32,000 bases of DNA from Candidatus Jordarchaeales archaeon (GTDB taxonomy: Archaea; Asgardarchaeota; Jordiarchaeia; Jordiarchaeales; Freyrarchaeaceae), in the NCBI GenBank assembly GCA_038858525.1, contig JAWCFL010000011.1, forward strand, positions 25,284 through 57,283. Reading direction: 5' to 3'. Below, in pieces: positions 31,400-32,000 of the stretch. Within the stretch, counting starts at the first letter, position 1; the number at the start of each line of letters is the position of its first letter. The notes below the pieces were generated by a model. That model was not told where the DNA came from and did no database searches. It saw only the letters and a list, made by a program, of their open reading frames with translations. The translations under genes were made by a program, and so were the position numbers.

Positions 31400-32000
31400 T
31401 TCTTCTTCGTTGTACTCGGCTTGGATGATCTTCCTTATTCGTTCCGCCTTCTTTTTTCCTATACCTTGAACTTCCATGAGCTCCTTCTCATTAGCAGTGA
31501 ATACTTTTTCAACACTCTTAAACTTCTGAAGTAATCTTTTAGCTAAAATATGATCTACGCCTGGTAAGGCCGCTACCAAATGCTCCTGTAGCTCTTTTAT
31601 TGTGCCTGGCTTTTTGATTCCAATCCGTATTCCCTTTCTCCCCTCTTCTCTTTCTCTTCGAGCCACAGTCTTAATTACCTCAGCGGTTTCTTTAGCGTTT
31701 CTCGTCCAAAAAATTGGCGTTTTAAAGTCTAATGCTATACTTACTAACGCCCCTCTGATCGCTTCAGCCTTCACACCTCCTCTCTCATACAAGCCTTCCC
31801 CTTCTATTATCAAGAGGGGAGCTTCATAGGTCCTTGAGAGGTCGGCGATCTGCTTGAAAACACGCTGGTCTATGATTGACTGCACGAAATCGGTAGCCGT
31901 CTTACGCTCTATGCACACTTTCTCCGAAACAACGTAGTCGCCAACATCTAGCTTCGTTAAAATAACCTCAACTCCAAGCCTAGCCAGCTCCTGAACAACA
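31391..32000 (-). CDS. XPF/Hef-type ERCC4 nuclease with C-terminal (HhH)2, 5' end outside window
   Basis: The reading frame continues past the track's M to the window edge (...LDVGDYVVSEKVCIERKTATDF = GDxnERK nuclease motif). The C-terminus LPGVDHILAKRLL...VQGIGKKKAERI is HhH2. Confidence 0.85.
   Translation of the reverse strand, partial: VVQELARLGVEVILTKLDVGDYVVSEKVCIERKTATDFVQSIIDQRVFKQIADLSRTYEAPLLIIEGEGLYERGGVKAEAIRGALVSIALDFKTPIFWTRNAKETAEVIKTVARREREEGRKGIRIGIKKPGTIKELQEHLVAALPGVDHILAKRLLQKFKSVEKVFTANEKELMEVQGIGKKKAERIRKIIQAEYNEEELS

Overview
This is an archaeal chromosomal window of about 34 protein genes, one tRNA gene and a replication origin. Archaeal markers include Orc1/Cdc6, the PolD small subunit, SepRS, Taw1, diphthine synthase, CTP-type RibK with RibL, FAU-1, short XPF/Hef, and an intron-bearing tRNA with encoded CCA. 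PolD together with a multi-intron tRNA and fwdB suggests an uncultured TACK-like or methanogen-related lineage, but I cannot assign it from sequence alone.

Layout:
- 1-16.8 kb: housekeeping and C1/cofactor genes (ferredoxin fragment, fwdB, gamma-CA-like, deacetylase, folD, purH, CoA-transferase, taw1, translin-like, sepS, ribK, ribL, dphB, mtnA-like, HTH-CBS, hypF).
- 16.8-21.5 kb: the unusual part, with no recognisable family names. A tight minus-strand operon encodes an ExeA/ORC-like AAA+ ATPase, an RHH protein and an HTH protein, followed by two small orphan genes.
- That region is embedded in or abuts oriC, which has five ORB/mini-ORB elements of two sequence sub-types and a T-rich core holding an array of TGTTAACA palindromes.
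- The same region also carries eight GATATC-core sites and a pair of 20-bp palindromes placed at gene 3' ends.
- 21.5-32 kb: orc1/cdc6 convergent with PolD DP1, an AbrB-PhoU regulator, a MoxR-like AAA+/vWA pair (the vWA start looks frameshifted), LysR, tRNA-Leu(CAG) with at least two non-canonical introns, FAU-1, UPF0147, UPF0148 and a partial XPF.

No CRISPR array, transposase or integrase was seen. Many genes start with TTG or GTG behind strong GGAGG/GGTGA Shine-Dalgarno sites. All calls rest on reading the translations and motifs by eye; no database search was run.
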